Assembly (NCBI GenBank): GCA_050014195.1
Contig: JBEKDT010000002.1
Coordinates: forward strand, 64,001-128,000
DNA from: Desulfomonilia bacterium
GTDB taxonomy: Bacteria; Desulfobacterota; Desulfomonilia; UBA1062
Length of the DNA stretch: 64,000 nucleotides
Reading direction: 5' to 3'
The notes beneath the pieces were generated by a model that saw only the letters and a program-made list of their open reading frames with translations, searched no databases and was not told the origin of the DNA. Below are positions 38,888 to 47,708 of the stretch, one piece after another. The first letter of the stretch is position 1; each line of letters opens with the position of its first letter. The translations under genes and the position numbers were made by a program.

Positions 38888-39922
38888 TTAAATCCTCAGC
38901 ATGGCATCGAGTGCATTTTTGGCATCCGCCACGACGGACCCGCTCAACTCAACTTTGCCTTCACCACTTCTCACTTGCATTAACGTCTTTGCCAATTTCT
39001 GTAGTGTGATCTTGGCCATGTCATCGCAGTATACCTCTTTTAAGGGGATGACCTCAACACGGCCCAAATTCTGTTTTGCCGCTCTTAAGACCATGTTGGC
39101 CTCTGTACCTACAGCCAGACGCTCACCATCAGGCAGCAATGAGATGTAATCCAGCATCTGCGAGGTGGAGCCTGATGACGTGGCCGCCTTGACCGTTTCG
39201 GGGTTTGTCTCAGGGTGCACCATGATCTTGATACCGGGGTATTTATCGCGGACCCGCTCAACATCCGAAACGCTGAACTCCGGACAATGCACCGGACACC
39301 AGCCCTTCCAGAGAACTAACCGCGCCCGTTCGATATCTCCTCTCCTCAGACCTCCATCTTGCAAGGCAGTGTCCCAGAGGACTATCTCATCATCGCGCAT
39401 GTCCATGGCATATGCAGTGTTCCTGCCCAGGTTCATATCGGGCATGAATAATACCTTTGCCCCTTTGTCGAAGGCCCACACAAGAACCTTCTTTGCATTG
39501 GCAGAGGTGCAGACGGCACCGTTATTCCTGCCGCAGAATGCCTTCAGATCGGCAGTGGAGTTCACATAAGTGACAGGTATTACATGGCTGCTAATGCCGG
39601 CGATTGCATCCCAAGCTTTGTTCACGTCGTCGATCCTTGCCATATCCGCCAGGGGGCAACCTGCTCCGGCATCCGGGATAAAGACGGACTTTCCCGGTGC
39701 CAGGATGGCCGCAGTCTCGGCCATAAAGTAGACGCCGCAAAGTACAATGTACTCTGCAGCTTCGATCTGCGAGGCCTTCCGTGCAAGCTCCAGAGAATCA
39801 CCTACATAATCCGCGAACTCGATGATTCCGTCTGACTGATAGTGGTGGCCCAGGATAACGAGCCTGGCACCGAGGTCTTGTTTAACCTTAACTATTATAT
39901 CGCGTGCCTCGCGGTCCGTCAT
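38888..39922 (-). CDS. nadA: Quinolinate synthase
   Basis: LGHHYQ, GDSLELA, CGVYFMAE, AGCPLA, YVNS, CTS, CPVH, HPE, GST, CDDM. Confidence 0.95.
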   Translation of the reverse strand: MTDREARDIIVKVKQDLGARLVILGHHYQSDGIIEFADYVGDSLELARKASQIEAAEYIVLCGVYFMAETAAILAPGKSVFIPDAGAGCPLADMARIDDVNKAWDAIAGISSHVIPVTYVNSTADLKAFCGRNNGAVCTSANAKKVLVWAFDKGAKVLFMPDMNLGRNTAYAMDMRDDEIVLWDTALQDGGLRRGDIERARLVLWKGWCPVHCPEFSVSDVERVRDKYPGIKIMVHPETNPETVKAATSSGSTSQMLDYISLLPDGERLAVGTEANMVLRAAKQNLGRVEVIPLKEVYCDDMAKITLQKLAKTLMQVRSGEGKVELSGSVVADAKNALDAMLRI

Positions 39923-40752
39923 TGCTCGCCCTCAACGATCATGGAGATATCAAGCGCATGAACCGAATGGGTTATCTCTCCCACTGATATATAATCGACG
40001 CCGGTCAACGCCACCGTGCGTACGGTATCCAGGGTTATTCCGCCTGATGCCTCAAGCGGGATGAGGCCATGAACAAGCTCAACAGCCTGTTTCATAGCGT
40101 CTATTGAGAAGTTGTCGAGCATGATCCGGTCGACCTTCAATGCGAGGAGGGTCTCCACATCACCGATGTTTCTCGCCTCCACCTCGACGGATACGCCCGG
40201 GAAGGCGCTTCTGACCCTGCCCACTGCTTCGGCGATGGAGCCGGCTGCATCTATGTGGTTGTCCTTGATGAGTGACATATCCCAAAGCCCCATGCGGTGG
40301 TTCTCCCCGCCGCCGAGCAGCACGGCCGTCTTGTCAAGAACACGCTGGCCGGGCGCTGTCTTGCGTGTGTCCAGGATACGTGCCTTTGTCCCTTCAAGTT
40401 TTTTCACATACGCAGCAGTGCTTGTGGCAATTCCGGACATGCGCTGCAGAAAATTGAGCGCAACCCGTTCGGCCTTCAGGATGCCCCGGGCAGGGCCGGT
40501 AATGACGGCAATCTTTTGACCAACAGTTACGGCCTGCCCGTCATGCACCTCGAATATGCAGACAATGCCGGGGTCGCTCAGCATAAAGACCCTTTTTGCC
40601 ACATGCACGCCTGCGATGATGCCGTCTGCTTTGGCCTTCATGAAGGCACGCAGCCTGCTCTCATCCGAAAAGACGGCTTCGGAGGTGATGTCGCTCCCAT
40701 CCTCATCGAGGGCCAGCTGAATGATATCATCGATCAGTTCATTTGTATCCAC
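39919..40752 (-). CDS. nadC: Nicotinate-nucleotide pyrophosphorylase
   Basis: ERVALN, DTRKT, HRMGL, IKDNH, EVE, MLDN, EASGG, DYISVG. Confidence 0.96.
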   Translation of the reverse strand: MDTNELIDDIIQLALDEDGSDITSEAVFSDESRLRAFMKAKADGIIAGVHVAKRVFMLSDPGIVCIFEVHDGQAVTVGQKIAVITGPARGILKAERVALNFLQRMSGIATSTAAYVKKLEGTKARILDTRKTAPGQRVLDKTAVLLGGGENHRMGLWDMSLIKDNHIDAAGSIAEAVGRVRSAFPGVSVEVEARNIGDVETLLALKVDRIMLDNFSIDAMKQAVELVHGLIPLEASGGITLDTVRTVALTGVDYISVGEITHSVHALDISMIVEGEQ

Positions 40753-41539
40753 TGCAAAACTCCTCTATCAGAGAATCCACTATCTGATAAGCCTTGTCCA
40801 GCTCTTCCTTATTTTTAAACGAGGAAGACAGGCTCATAAAAACGGCATCATAGGGCGAGGCAGGGGCATTCAGCGACGCATAGTCGATGCGGGCGATATC
40901 GTATTCCTCGCCTACAAAATAATACTTACCGAACCGGGGACGAGCAATATCCCGAAAAGGCCAGGACACCTTCAAGGTGCAATAGCTCCTGATTATCTGC
41001 ATGAGTACAGGCCTTGACCGGACCTTCCTCACGTCCAGGGTTTCGCCGAGCCGGTTCTGGATGATGGTAAAGAAGGTCTTCACAAAGTCGATATCCGTGA
41101 TGGTACTGCCGTAGAGATACCAGTCATCAAGAGCAGCCAGGAGTATGCGCACCTCATGTGCATCGAGCTTCTGGTAGCTCGGGCAGAAGTGGCCGTTGCA
41201 GATATCTTGTCCGTAGAAACTGATCACACGCAGATCTTTCCCTTGGTTCATCAGCGGATGGAGCATGCACCCTACCCGTTTGAAGCGTTCATCCAGAAAA
41301 CCCACGAACTCGCAGGTGTAGATAGTGATATAGATCCGCTTGGAATTTTCCCGGTGCCGGATGATGGTCTGGTAATCTTCAATGGCCAGTGCTTTCTCCC
41401 TCACCCGGAAGAAGAGCCGTGTACGGTAGCCGAAGCGTTGCTCCAGTGAGTCTCTTGTGTTGTCCGTGTAATTATAGATCCCGCAGCAGGCAGCGCATGA
41501 CTTCATAGCATCAGGCTGGCACAGGTGGATATCAACCAT
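40739..41539 (-). CDS. Cys-rich hypothetical protein
   Basis: LCQP..SCAACCG..TCEFVG..VGCMLHP..ICNGHFCP; overlaps the nadC start. Confidence 0.75.
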   Translation of the reverse strand: MVDIHLCQPDAMKSCAACCGIYNYTDNTRDSLEQRFGYRTRLFFRVREKALAIEDYQTIIRHRENSKRIYITIYTCEFVGFLDERFKRVGCMLHPLMNQGKDLRVISFYGQDICNGHFCPSYQKLDAHEVRILLAALDDWYLYGSTITDIDFVKTFFTIIQNRLGETLDVRKVRSRPVLMQIIRSYCTLKVSWPFRDIARPRFGKYYFVGEEYDIARIDYASLNAPASPYDAVFMSLSSSFKNKEELDKAYQIVDSLIEEFCSGYK

Positions 41540-41551
41540 GGGTCCGAACCT

Positions 41552-41773
41552 CTATTTCACCGTGATGATGACATCGATGCCGTCAACCCCGACAGTATAG
41601 CAAGCCTCTTCGTGGGTCACGGTAAAGAGAGCGGCACAGTCTTCGTCCGATACAAATGCTCCAAGAACGATGAGGTCGTCCAGGATATGGTGCAGGGCCG
41701 TGAAGGTGATGTCGTCCTCGATGATGATGTTGTACAGCCTCTGCCGGTGCATGAACGGTATCTTTTCAATCAT
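41552..41773 (-). CDS. Small hypothetical protein
   Basis: 73 aa; ends 12 nt before the next gene. Confidence 0.55.
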   Translation of the reverse strand: MIEKIPFMHRQRLYNIIIEDDITFTALHHILDDLIVLGAFVSDEDCAALFTVTHEEACYTVGVDGIDVIITVK

Positions 41774-42077
41774 AACAGGGTTTTCATATCATAATAGGCT
41801 ATTGTGATGAAGACAGAAAAACAAAGTTATTGTCAGGCATGAGCCGCTGTTCCCCTGATTTTTCTACATTCGCTCACCGGGTTCAAAGGGGGTTAAAAAG
41901 CTTAAACACCCACCTCAACACCCATCCAACAGAATGTTATTTCACTGGATTGACCAGGGGTAGCATGTTATTCTTTATAGAATGAATAAATAGTGAATTA
42001 TGCTTCCTCTGAAGGGATGCTGATTCTTGGGTATACTGCAAACATGCAGTATATTAATTATTATAAGTAAGAGGAGA

Positions 42078-42176
42078 ATGTCGTTGTTCAAAAAGATTGC
42101 CTATCAAAAACTTAATGCTCGGCAAAAAGAGAATTTCAACTATCATCAATGCTCGCCTAGCCCTGGTGGCCGGTGA
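42078..42176 (+). pseudogene. 5' remnant of a conserved hypothetical gene
   Basis: AAGAGGAG RBS; MSLFKKIAYQKLNARQKENFNYH then an early stop. The LNxRQKENxN motif resembles the N-terminus of longer hypothetical proteins (from memory). Confidence 0.4.
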
Positions 42177-42226
42177 TCTGCGTTGTGAGAGTGCTGGGCG
42201 TCACATGGGTTCGGAGTCTTTTTTAA

Positions 42227-42401
42227 CCCCTTCAAAACCGGCGAGGGAGCGCAGAAAAATCCGGGGGAACAGCGGCTCCTGTTTGAGCGAAGCGAGTTAG
42301 CCGCGGCCCGGATTTTTCAAGCGAGTGAGTGTACCCGAAGGGCGGTTTTGATGGGGCGCCTTTTCTTTGGTTCGTTTCTTTGGGCGAACAAAGAAATGAA
42401 C
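42227..42401. repeat. Nested-stem interspersed element (MITE-like repeat or structured RNA)
   Basis: Pairings 42227-40/42343-56, 42254-65/42307-18 and 42272-77/42299-304, plus a terminal hairpin 42370-82/42389-401. Confidence 0.6.
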
Positions 42402-42426
42402 AAAATATTTATTAAGGGGTTACCTT

Positions 42427-44574
42427 ATGACAGAAACGAACATCAATCTTTACAAACGTCTTCGTGCCTTGGCTGACAACCTGTGGTGGACATGGCATCC
42501 GGAGGTTATCAGCATCTTCACCGACCTGGACCCCCATCTCTGGCGACAGGTCGAACACAACCCGGTTGCCTTTATGAATCTGATAACGCCGTCACAGATT
42601 GAAGAGCGCGCCTCCGAGCTGGTGCTCCACAGCCGGATAAACTACGCATTTAGACGGCTGAATGAGTATATAGATCTGCAGAAGACATGGGGCGCAATAC
42701 ACTGCGGCAATCTCAACAACCGGCCGGTCGTCTATTTCTCTGCCGAGTTCGGGCTGCATGAATCACTGCAGATCTACTCAGGCGGACTTGGCATCCTGGC
42801 TGGTGACCATCTGAAGAGCGCCTCTGACTTAGGAATTCCCTTGGTCGGCATCGGGCTCCTCTACCAGCAGGGCTATTTCAGCCAGCGTCTGAACAAGGAA
42901 GGCTGGCAGGAAGAGGATTACGTCAATCTGGACGTCGGCAAGCTGCCGCTGCAAGAGGTTATGGATTTGAACGGACAGCCATTGATTGTACGGGTTGATA
43001 CGAGGAGCACCCCGCTCCTTGCACGTGTCTGGCAGATTCAAGTGGGCCGCATTCGCCTGATGCTGCTGGATTCAAACGTAGAGGGCAACTCCCAGGAAGA
43101 TCGTGAATTGACATGCCGGTTGTACGGCGGCGACAATAAATTACGTATCCGACAGGAACTGCTGCTGGGCATCGGCGGTGCGCGCATCCTGCAAGGGCTG
43201 AATCTTTTTCCCGGAGTGCTTCACTTAAATGAAGGGCACAGTGCCTTTGCAATCCTCGAGGAGGTCCGCCGGATCATGGAGTACGACCAGATTCCTTTCA
43301 AGCGCGCACACCGGCGGGTTTCACTCTATACCGTCTTCACTACGCATACCCCTGTTGCCGCCGGTCACGACCGGTTTTCACCGGATCTGATCGAAGAACA
43401 TCTTGGCCTCTTCCGGGAAAGAATGGGGCTGTCCCAAGAAGAGTTCATGGCCCTGGGGCGTGTCGATCCCAATGACAAGACAGAGACCTTCTGCATGACG
43501 GTCCTCGCCTTGAAGAGCTCCCGCCGGGCAAACGGCGTCTCGGCAATCCATGGAACCGTGAGCCGCCTCATGTGGAACAGCCTATGGCCCGAGAGACCCG
43601 AATCTGAGGTGCCCATCGGCCATATTACCAACGGCGTTCATGTGCTGTCGTGGCTGGCACCCCAGATGTATCAGCTGTTTCAGACTCGCCTCGGTCAGGA
43701 CTGGGCCACACGGATGGTGCACCCGGATATCTGGGAAAACATCTCCGAGATAGATGACGGGGAGTTGTGGGAGACGCACCAGAGCCTGAAGATGCGCCTC
43801 ATCCGCTTCGTCAGGAGGCGCCTGCAGATTCAGGCAGAGCGCCTCGGGCAGCGTGATATGGAAAAACAGATCGAGCACATCCTTGACCCGGATGTGCTGA
43901 CCATCGGCTGCGCCCGCAGGTTCGCTACGTATAAGCGGGGAGACCTGATTCTGTCGCAGCCCGAGCGCCTGGCCAAATTGATCAATGACGCCCGCCGCCC
44001 GATCCAGATCATCTTTGCCGGCAAGGCGCATCCCATGGACAACGAAGGAAAGCTGCTCCTGCAGAAGATAGCCCAGCTCAGCTACAGCAAGAACTTCAGG
44101 AGCAGCATCGTATTCGTGGAGAACTATGACTACAACGTGGCACGCCACCTCGTGCAGGGGGTGGATGTGTGGCTGAATACCCCGAGGCGGCCCTTGGAGG
44201 CGTGCGGCACCAGCGGCCAGAAGGTGGTCTTGAACGGCGGGCTTAACCTTTCGGTGCTGGACGGCTGGTGGAACGAGGCCTACGACGGCCAAAACGGTTT
44301 TGCCATCGGCCACGGCGGCATGCACAACGACCTGGCCGTGCAGAATGCCAGGGACGCCGAGTATCTCTATGAAACCATCGAGAAGGAAGTTATCCCACTC
44401 TACTACCAGAGAGACGTCCATGGCATCCCATCCCTTTGGGTCAAGCGGATGAAGCATGCCATGCAGAGCCTTGGCTGGCGCTTCATCGCGGACCGCATGG
44501 TCAAGGATTATGCCGAGCGTTTCTACCTCCCAGCAGCCAGCGCCACTTCCACGGAGACAGGGATACTGGGGTGA
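42427..44574 (+). CDS. glgP: Alpha-glucan (glycogen) phosphorylase
   Basis: NLWWTW, YFSAEFG, YSGGLGILAGD, HLNEGH, ARRFATYKR, EACGTSGQK (PLP Lys), DGWW. Confidence 0.95.
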   Translation: MTETNINLYKRLRALADNLWWTWHPEVISIFTDLDPHLWRQVEHNPVAFMNLITPSQIEERASELVLHSRINYAFRRLNEYIDLQKTWGAIHCGNLNNRPVVYFSAEFGLHESLQIYSGGLGILAGDHLKSASDLGIPLVGIGLLYQQGYFSQRLNKEGWQEEDYVNLDVGKLPLQEVMDLNGQPLIVRVDTRSTPLLARVWQIQVGRIRLMLLDSNVEGNSQEDRELTCRLYGGDNKLRIRQELLLGIGGARILQGLNLFPGVLHLNEGHSAFAILEEVRRIMEYDQIPFKRAHRRVSLYTVFTTHTPVAAGHDRFSPDLIEEHLGLFRERMGLSQEEFMALGRVDPNDKTETFCMTVLALKSSRRANGVSAIHGTVSRLMWNSLWPERPESEVPIGHITNGVHVLSWLAPQMYQLFQTRLGQDWATRMVHPDIWENISEIDDGELWETHQSLKMRLIRFVRRRLQIQAERLGQRDMEKQIEHILDPDVLTIGCARRFATYKRGDLILSQPERLAKLINDARRPIQIIFAGKAHPMDNEGKLLLQKIAQLSYSKNFRSSIVFVENYDYNVARHLVQGVDVWLNTPRRPLEACGTSGQKVVLNGGLNLSVLDGWWNEAYDGQNGFAIGHGGMHNDLAVQNARDAEYLYETIEKEVIPLYYQRDVHGIPSLWVKRMKHAMQSLGWRFIADRMVKDYAERFYLPAASATSTETGILG

Positions 44575-44705
44575 GGTTTCTCTTAAAGATACCTTTATAG
44601 GTTAGAGTGCGTGTGTAGATTATTGGGAAATATCATGACAATTAAAAAAATGGTTCATCACCGTAAGGCATGCTCGGATCATTGAAGAGCACACAGAGGG
44701 ATATC

Positions 44706-44909
44706 TCACCACGAAGAGCACGAAGAGCACGAAGAAGATCTAAGAAATGCAGAACAGACAATCGTGGGTTCTTTGAACCGGTCCGCTATTTCAAAAGGTT
44801 TCTTTTCTTCGTGTCCTTCGTGCTCTTCGTGGTGAAGAACTTCTATGTCTGCTCAAATCCCAAGCTCATTTGGTTGCGGCTATGCTGCGCTAAGTCCTTC
44901 GTGGTGAGA
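44706..44909. repeat. Inverted repeat built from 9-nt CACGAAGAG/CACGAAGGA tandem units
   Basis: Arms 44706-36 and 44805-35 match at 29/31; third partial arm at 44894-909. Confidence 0.8.
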
Positions 44910-45009
44910 ACAATGGGCTGTGAAAAGGATGCAACCTATAAAAGTAGGCGACTCTATCTCGGCTCCTGCAGGTAGGTTACGCTGTCCACTGGTCACGAGG
45001 CACTATTCT

Positions 45010-45588
45010 CTAATTACCCTCTTTTAATTCCCCAGCTACCCGCTTGTTGAAGGTGTTCATGGCTTTCGTCAAATCTCCCTTGAGGCATAGTTCAACTGCA
45101 GAGGCGGCCTTGTGGATTTGTTCCTGCACAATATCATGATCCTCTTTGAGGAACCGCCCGAGCACGTAGTCACTGGGGTCCAAGCCTTCGGGCGGCCTGC
45201 CGATGCCGAAGCGGATGCGGATGAACTCTCCGGTGCAAAGAACACCTTTTATGGAATTGAGCCCCTTGTGACCGCCGGTACCACCGCCGGTCTTCACGCG
45301 GACCTGGCCCAGGGGGATGTCCATGTCGTCGTGGATCACGATGATATCTTCAGAATCGATGTCAAGTGCTTCCATGGGAGCGCCGCTTAGGTTCATGAAG
45401 GTCTGGGGTTTGGCGAGCATGGTTTCAGTGCCTGCTACTTTGCCGATTCCGTAGAGGACATCGGCCTTTTTCTTCTTCATGGGGATGCCCCATTTCCGGG
45501 CAAGGAGGTCCACCACCATGAAGCCCGCGTTGTGTCGGGTGAGTTCATAGCTCCTGCCCGGGTTGCCGAGACCGTATATCACTTTCAT
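45010..45588 (-). CDS. pth: Peptidyl-tRNA hydrolase
   Basis: GLGNPG..TRHNAGF, KPQTFMNLSG, HDDMD, GGHKG, RIRFGIGRP, YVL. Confidence 0.97.
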   Translation of the reverse strand: MKVIYGLGNPGRSYELTRHNAGFMVVDLLARKWGIPMKKKKADVLYGIGKVAGTETMLAKPQTFMNLSGAPMEALDIDSEDIIVIHDDMDIPLGQVRVKTGGGTGGHKGLNSIKGVLCTGEFIRIRFGIGRPPEGLDPSDYVLGRFLKEDHDIVQEQIHKAASAVELCLKGDLTKAMNTFNKRVAGELKEGN

Positions 45589-45794
45589 CTATCGTATCAA
45601 AATTCCCTAAAGTATTATGGTTCTTATCTCTTCTATTGAACCACATTCTCCAAAAAATATCATTGCCATAAAACCTATAAGATCACTGCGGTGCATCAAG
45701 ATGCGCTTCATGGTGACCCTTTCCACTGAAGTATTTTGCTTGGCATCCTGCACTATCAAGGCGCTTTGCCTATGAACACGTTAGATGATATCAT

Positions 45795-47567
45795 ATGATT
45801 ATGGCGCTGACAGCAGATATCATCAAAGGTTTGCCCAAGGCCACGGGTGTGTATATCCTCAGGGATGCATCAAGCAGGATCATCTACATAGGAAAGGCCA
45901 AGGATTTAAGGATCCGTCTGCGATCTTACCTCGGCCAGGACAACAGGCTCCAAACCGGCCGGATAGTGGACAAGACGGATAAAATCGATTACATCCTCAC
46001 GCGAAACGAGGCAGAGGCTTTACTCCTTGAGAACCAACTGATCAAGGCCCACAAGCCCCGCTACAACATCGACCTCAAGGACGACAAGACCTATGTCCGC
46101 ATCAAGGTGACCACCAATAGCGAATGGCCCGGGATCTCCATCACGAGAAAGGTCGCCAGGGACGGGGCGCGCTACTTCGGCCCCTACTCTTCAGCACGGT
46201 CTACGAGAAATACCTTAAGTGCCATCGGCAGGATATTCCCCATACGCAGATGCACGGATACCTTCTTCGCCAACAGGAGCCGGCCGTGTATCTTCCACTC
46301 CATCGGACTGTGCATGGCGCCGTGTGTATACAAGACGATCCATAAGGAATACGATCAGACCGTGCGGGACCTCATTGCATTCCTCGAAGGCAGGAACCGG
46401 GACCTTGAGAAGATGCTTCAGGAACGTATGATAATCGAGTCGGACAACCTCAATTTCGAAAGGGCTGCAAAAATCCGCGACCAGATCGCCGCCATCAGGT
46501 CCACCCTGACCCCCCAGGTGGTGATGGGCCACACCGGCGCCGACACCGATGTGTTTGCCTTCTTCCAGAGAAAAAACGTAATACAGATCGCAGTAGTGTG
46601 CATAATAAAGGGAAACTTGAGCGACAGCTTCAATTATACCTTCAAGGATGTGGAGGATGATGACATCATCGCCGGTGCGATCCTCCAGTTTTACCTGACA
46701 CACCAGGGAATACCCGCCCGGATCTATACCGATACCCTGCCTGAATCAAAGACAATGCTCGAAAAGGTCCTTTCTCATATGCGGGGATCTCATGCTCGGA
46801 TCTCCAAACCGACAAGGGGACGCCCGCTCCAGTGGATTGCAATCGCCCGGGACAACGCCCGAACCCATTCCCGGGGTTCGGACACCTCTGCCCTGGAAGA
46901 TATTGCCAAGGCGTTCCACCTGGGCTCCATCCCCTACCGGATGGAGTGTTACGATATATCCAACCTCCAGGGGGGATCGGCCACGGGCTCGCGCGTGGTG
47001 TTCATGGACGGTGAACCGGACAAGACGCTCTATCGCCACTACCGCATCCGTACGATTGTCGGCCAGGATGACTTTGCCATGCTCAAGGAGGTCTTCGAGC
47101 GCAGGCTTACCCATGATGAGACCAGACCCGATCTCATCGTGATAGACGGCGGAAAAGGCCAGCTGGGCGTCTTCCTGAAGGTGCTTGAAGAGCTCGGTGC
47201 CCCCCACATGCCGGTGGTGTCCATAGCCAAGGCCCGCGGCGGCAAGGTCGACCGGTTTTTCCTTCCCGGCAGAAAGGATGCGGTTCACATGCCCGAGCGG
47301 AGCGCGGGTTTGCGCACCCTCCAGCAGATCCGGGACGAGGCTCATCGTTTTGCCATACAGTATCATCGCCGGTTGCGCTCTAAACAGTCTGCATCGGTGT
47401 TCGAGGGCATCCCGGGTATCGGACCCAAGAAGGCCAAGGCCCTGCTCATACACACCTCCCGCCTGAGAGACCTCTCGCAGATCAGTCCGGAAGACCTGGA
47501 GGGGGTCAAGGGCTTGAGCAGGAAGGATATCGAGAATATCGTGTCATTTCTCACAGGCAACATGTAG
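45795..47567 (+). CDS. uvrC: Excinuclease ABC subunit C
   Basis: GIY-YIG (GVY..YIGKA), FGPY, UVR motif FERAAKIRD, ECYDIS, DGGKGQ, RDEAHRFA, HhH. Confidence 0.97.
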   Translation: MIMALTADIIKGLPKATGVYILRDASSRIIYIGKAKDLRIRLRSYLGQDNRLQTGRIVDKTDKIDYILTRNEAEALLLENQLIKAHKPRYNIDLKDDKTYVRIKVTTNSEWPGISITRKVARDGARYFGPYSSARSTRNTLSAIGRIFPIRRCTDTFFANRSRPCIFHSIGLCMAPCVYKTIHKEYDQTVRDLIAFLEGRNRDLEKMLQERMIIESDNLNFERAAKIRDQIAAIRSTLTPQVVMGHTGADTDVFAFFQRKNVIQIAVVCIIKGNLSDSFNYTFKDVEDDDIIAGAILQFYLTHQGIPARIYTDTLPESKTMLEKVLSHMRGSHARISKPTRGRPLQWIAIARDNARTHSRGSDTSALEDIAKAFHLGSIPYRMECYDISNLQGGSATGSRVVFMDGEPDKTLYRHYRIRTIVGQDDFAMLKEVFERRLTHDETRPDLIVIDGGKGQLGVFLKVLEELGAPHMPVVSIAKARGGKVDRFFLPGRKDAVHMPERSAGLRTLQQIRDEAHRFAIQYHRRLRSKQSASVFEGIPGIGPKKAKALLIHTSRLRDLSQISPEDLEGVKGLSRKDIENIVSFLTGNM

Positions 47568-47623
47568 ATAGGCTTGAAGCCGCGATAGCCCTTTAGATCC
47601 ATCGCGCCAAAAGGCGCTCCTAA
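47564..47623. repeat. Degenerate REP doublet overlapping the uvrC stop codon
   Basis: GTAGATAGGCTTGAAGCCGCGAT..ATCGCGCCAAAAGGCGCTCCTA; same family as 9306. Confidence 0.6.
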
Positions 47624-47708
47624 AAATACCACCTTCTCCTTAGCCATGATATCTGCACCATATACATTCGTCTTCCCATTACCAAAGTGCTGTTCTATAA
47701 TCACCTTC

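Noticed and set aside
44670-44975. 101-aa ORF with RRARRARRR and FVSFVLFVV
   Set aside because: It is the translation of the 9-nt inverted repeat, not a credible protein.
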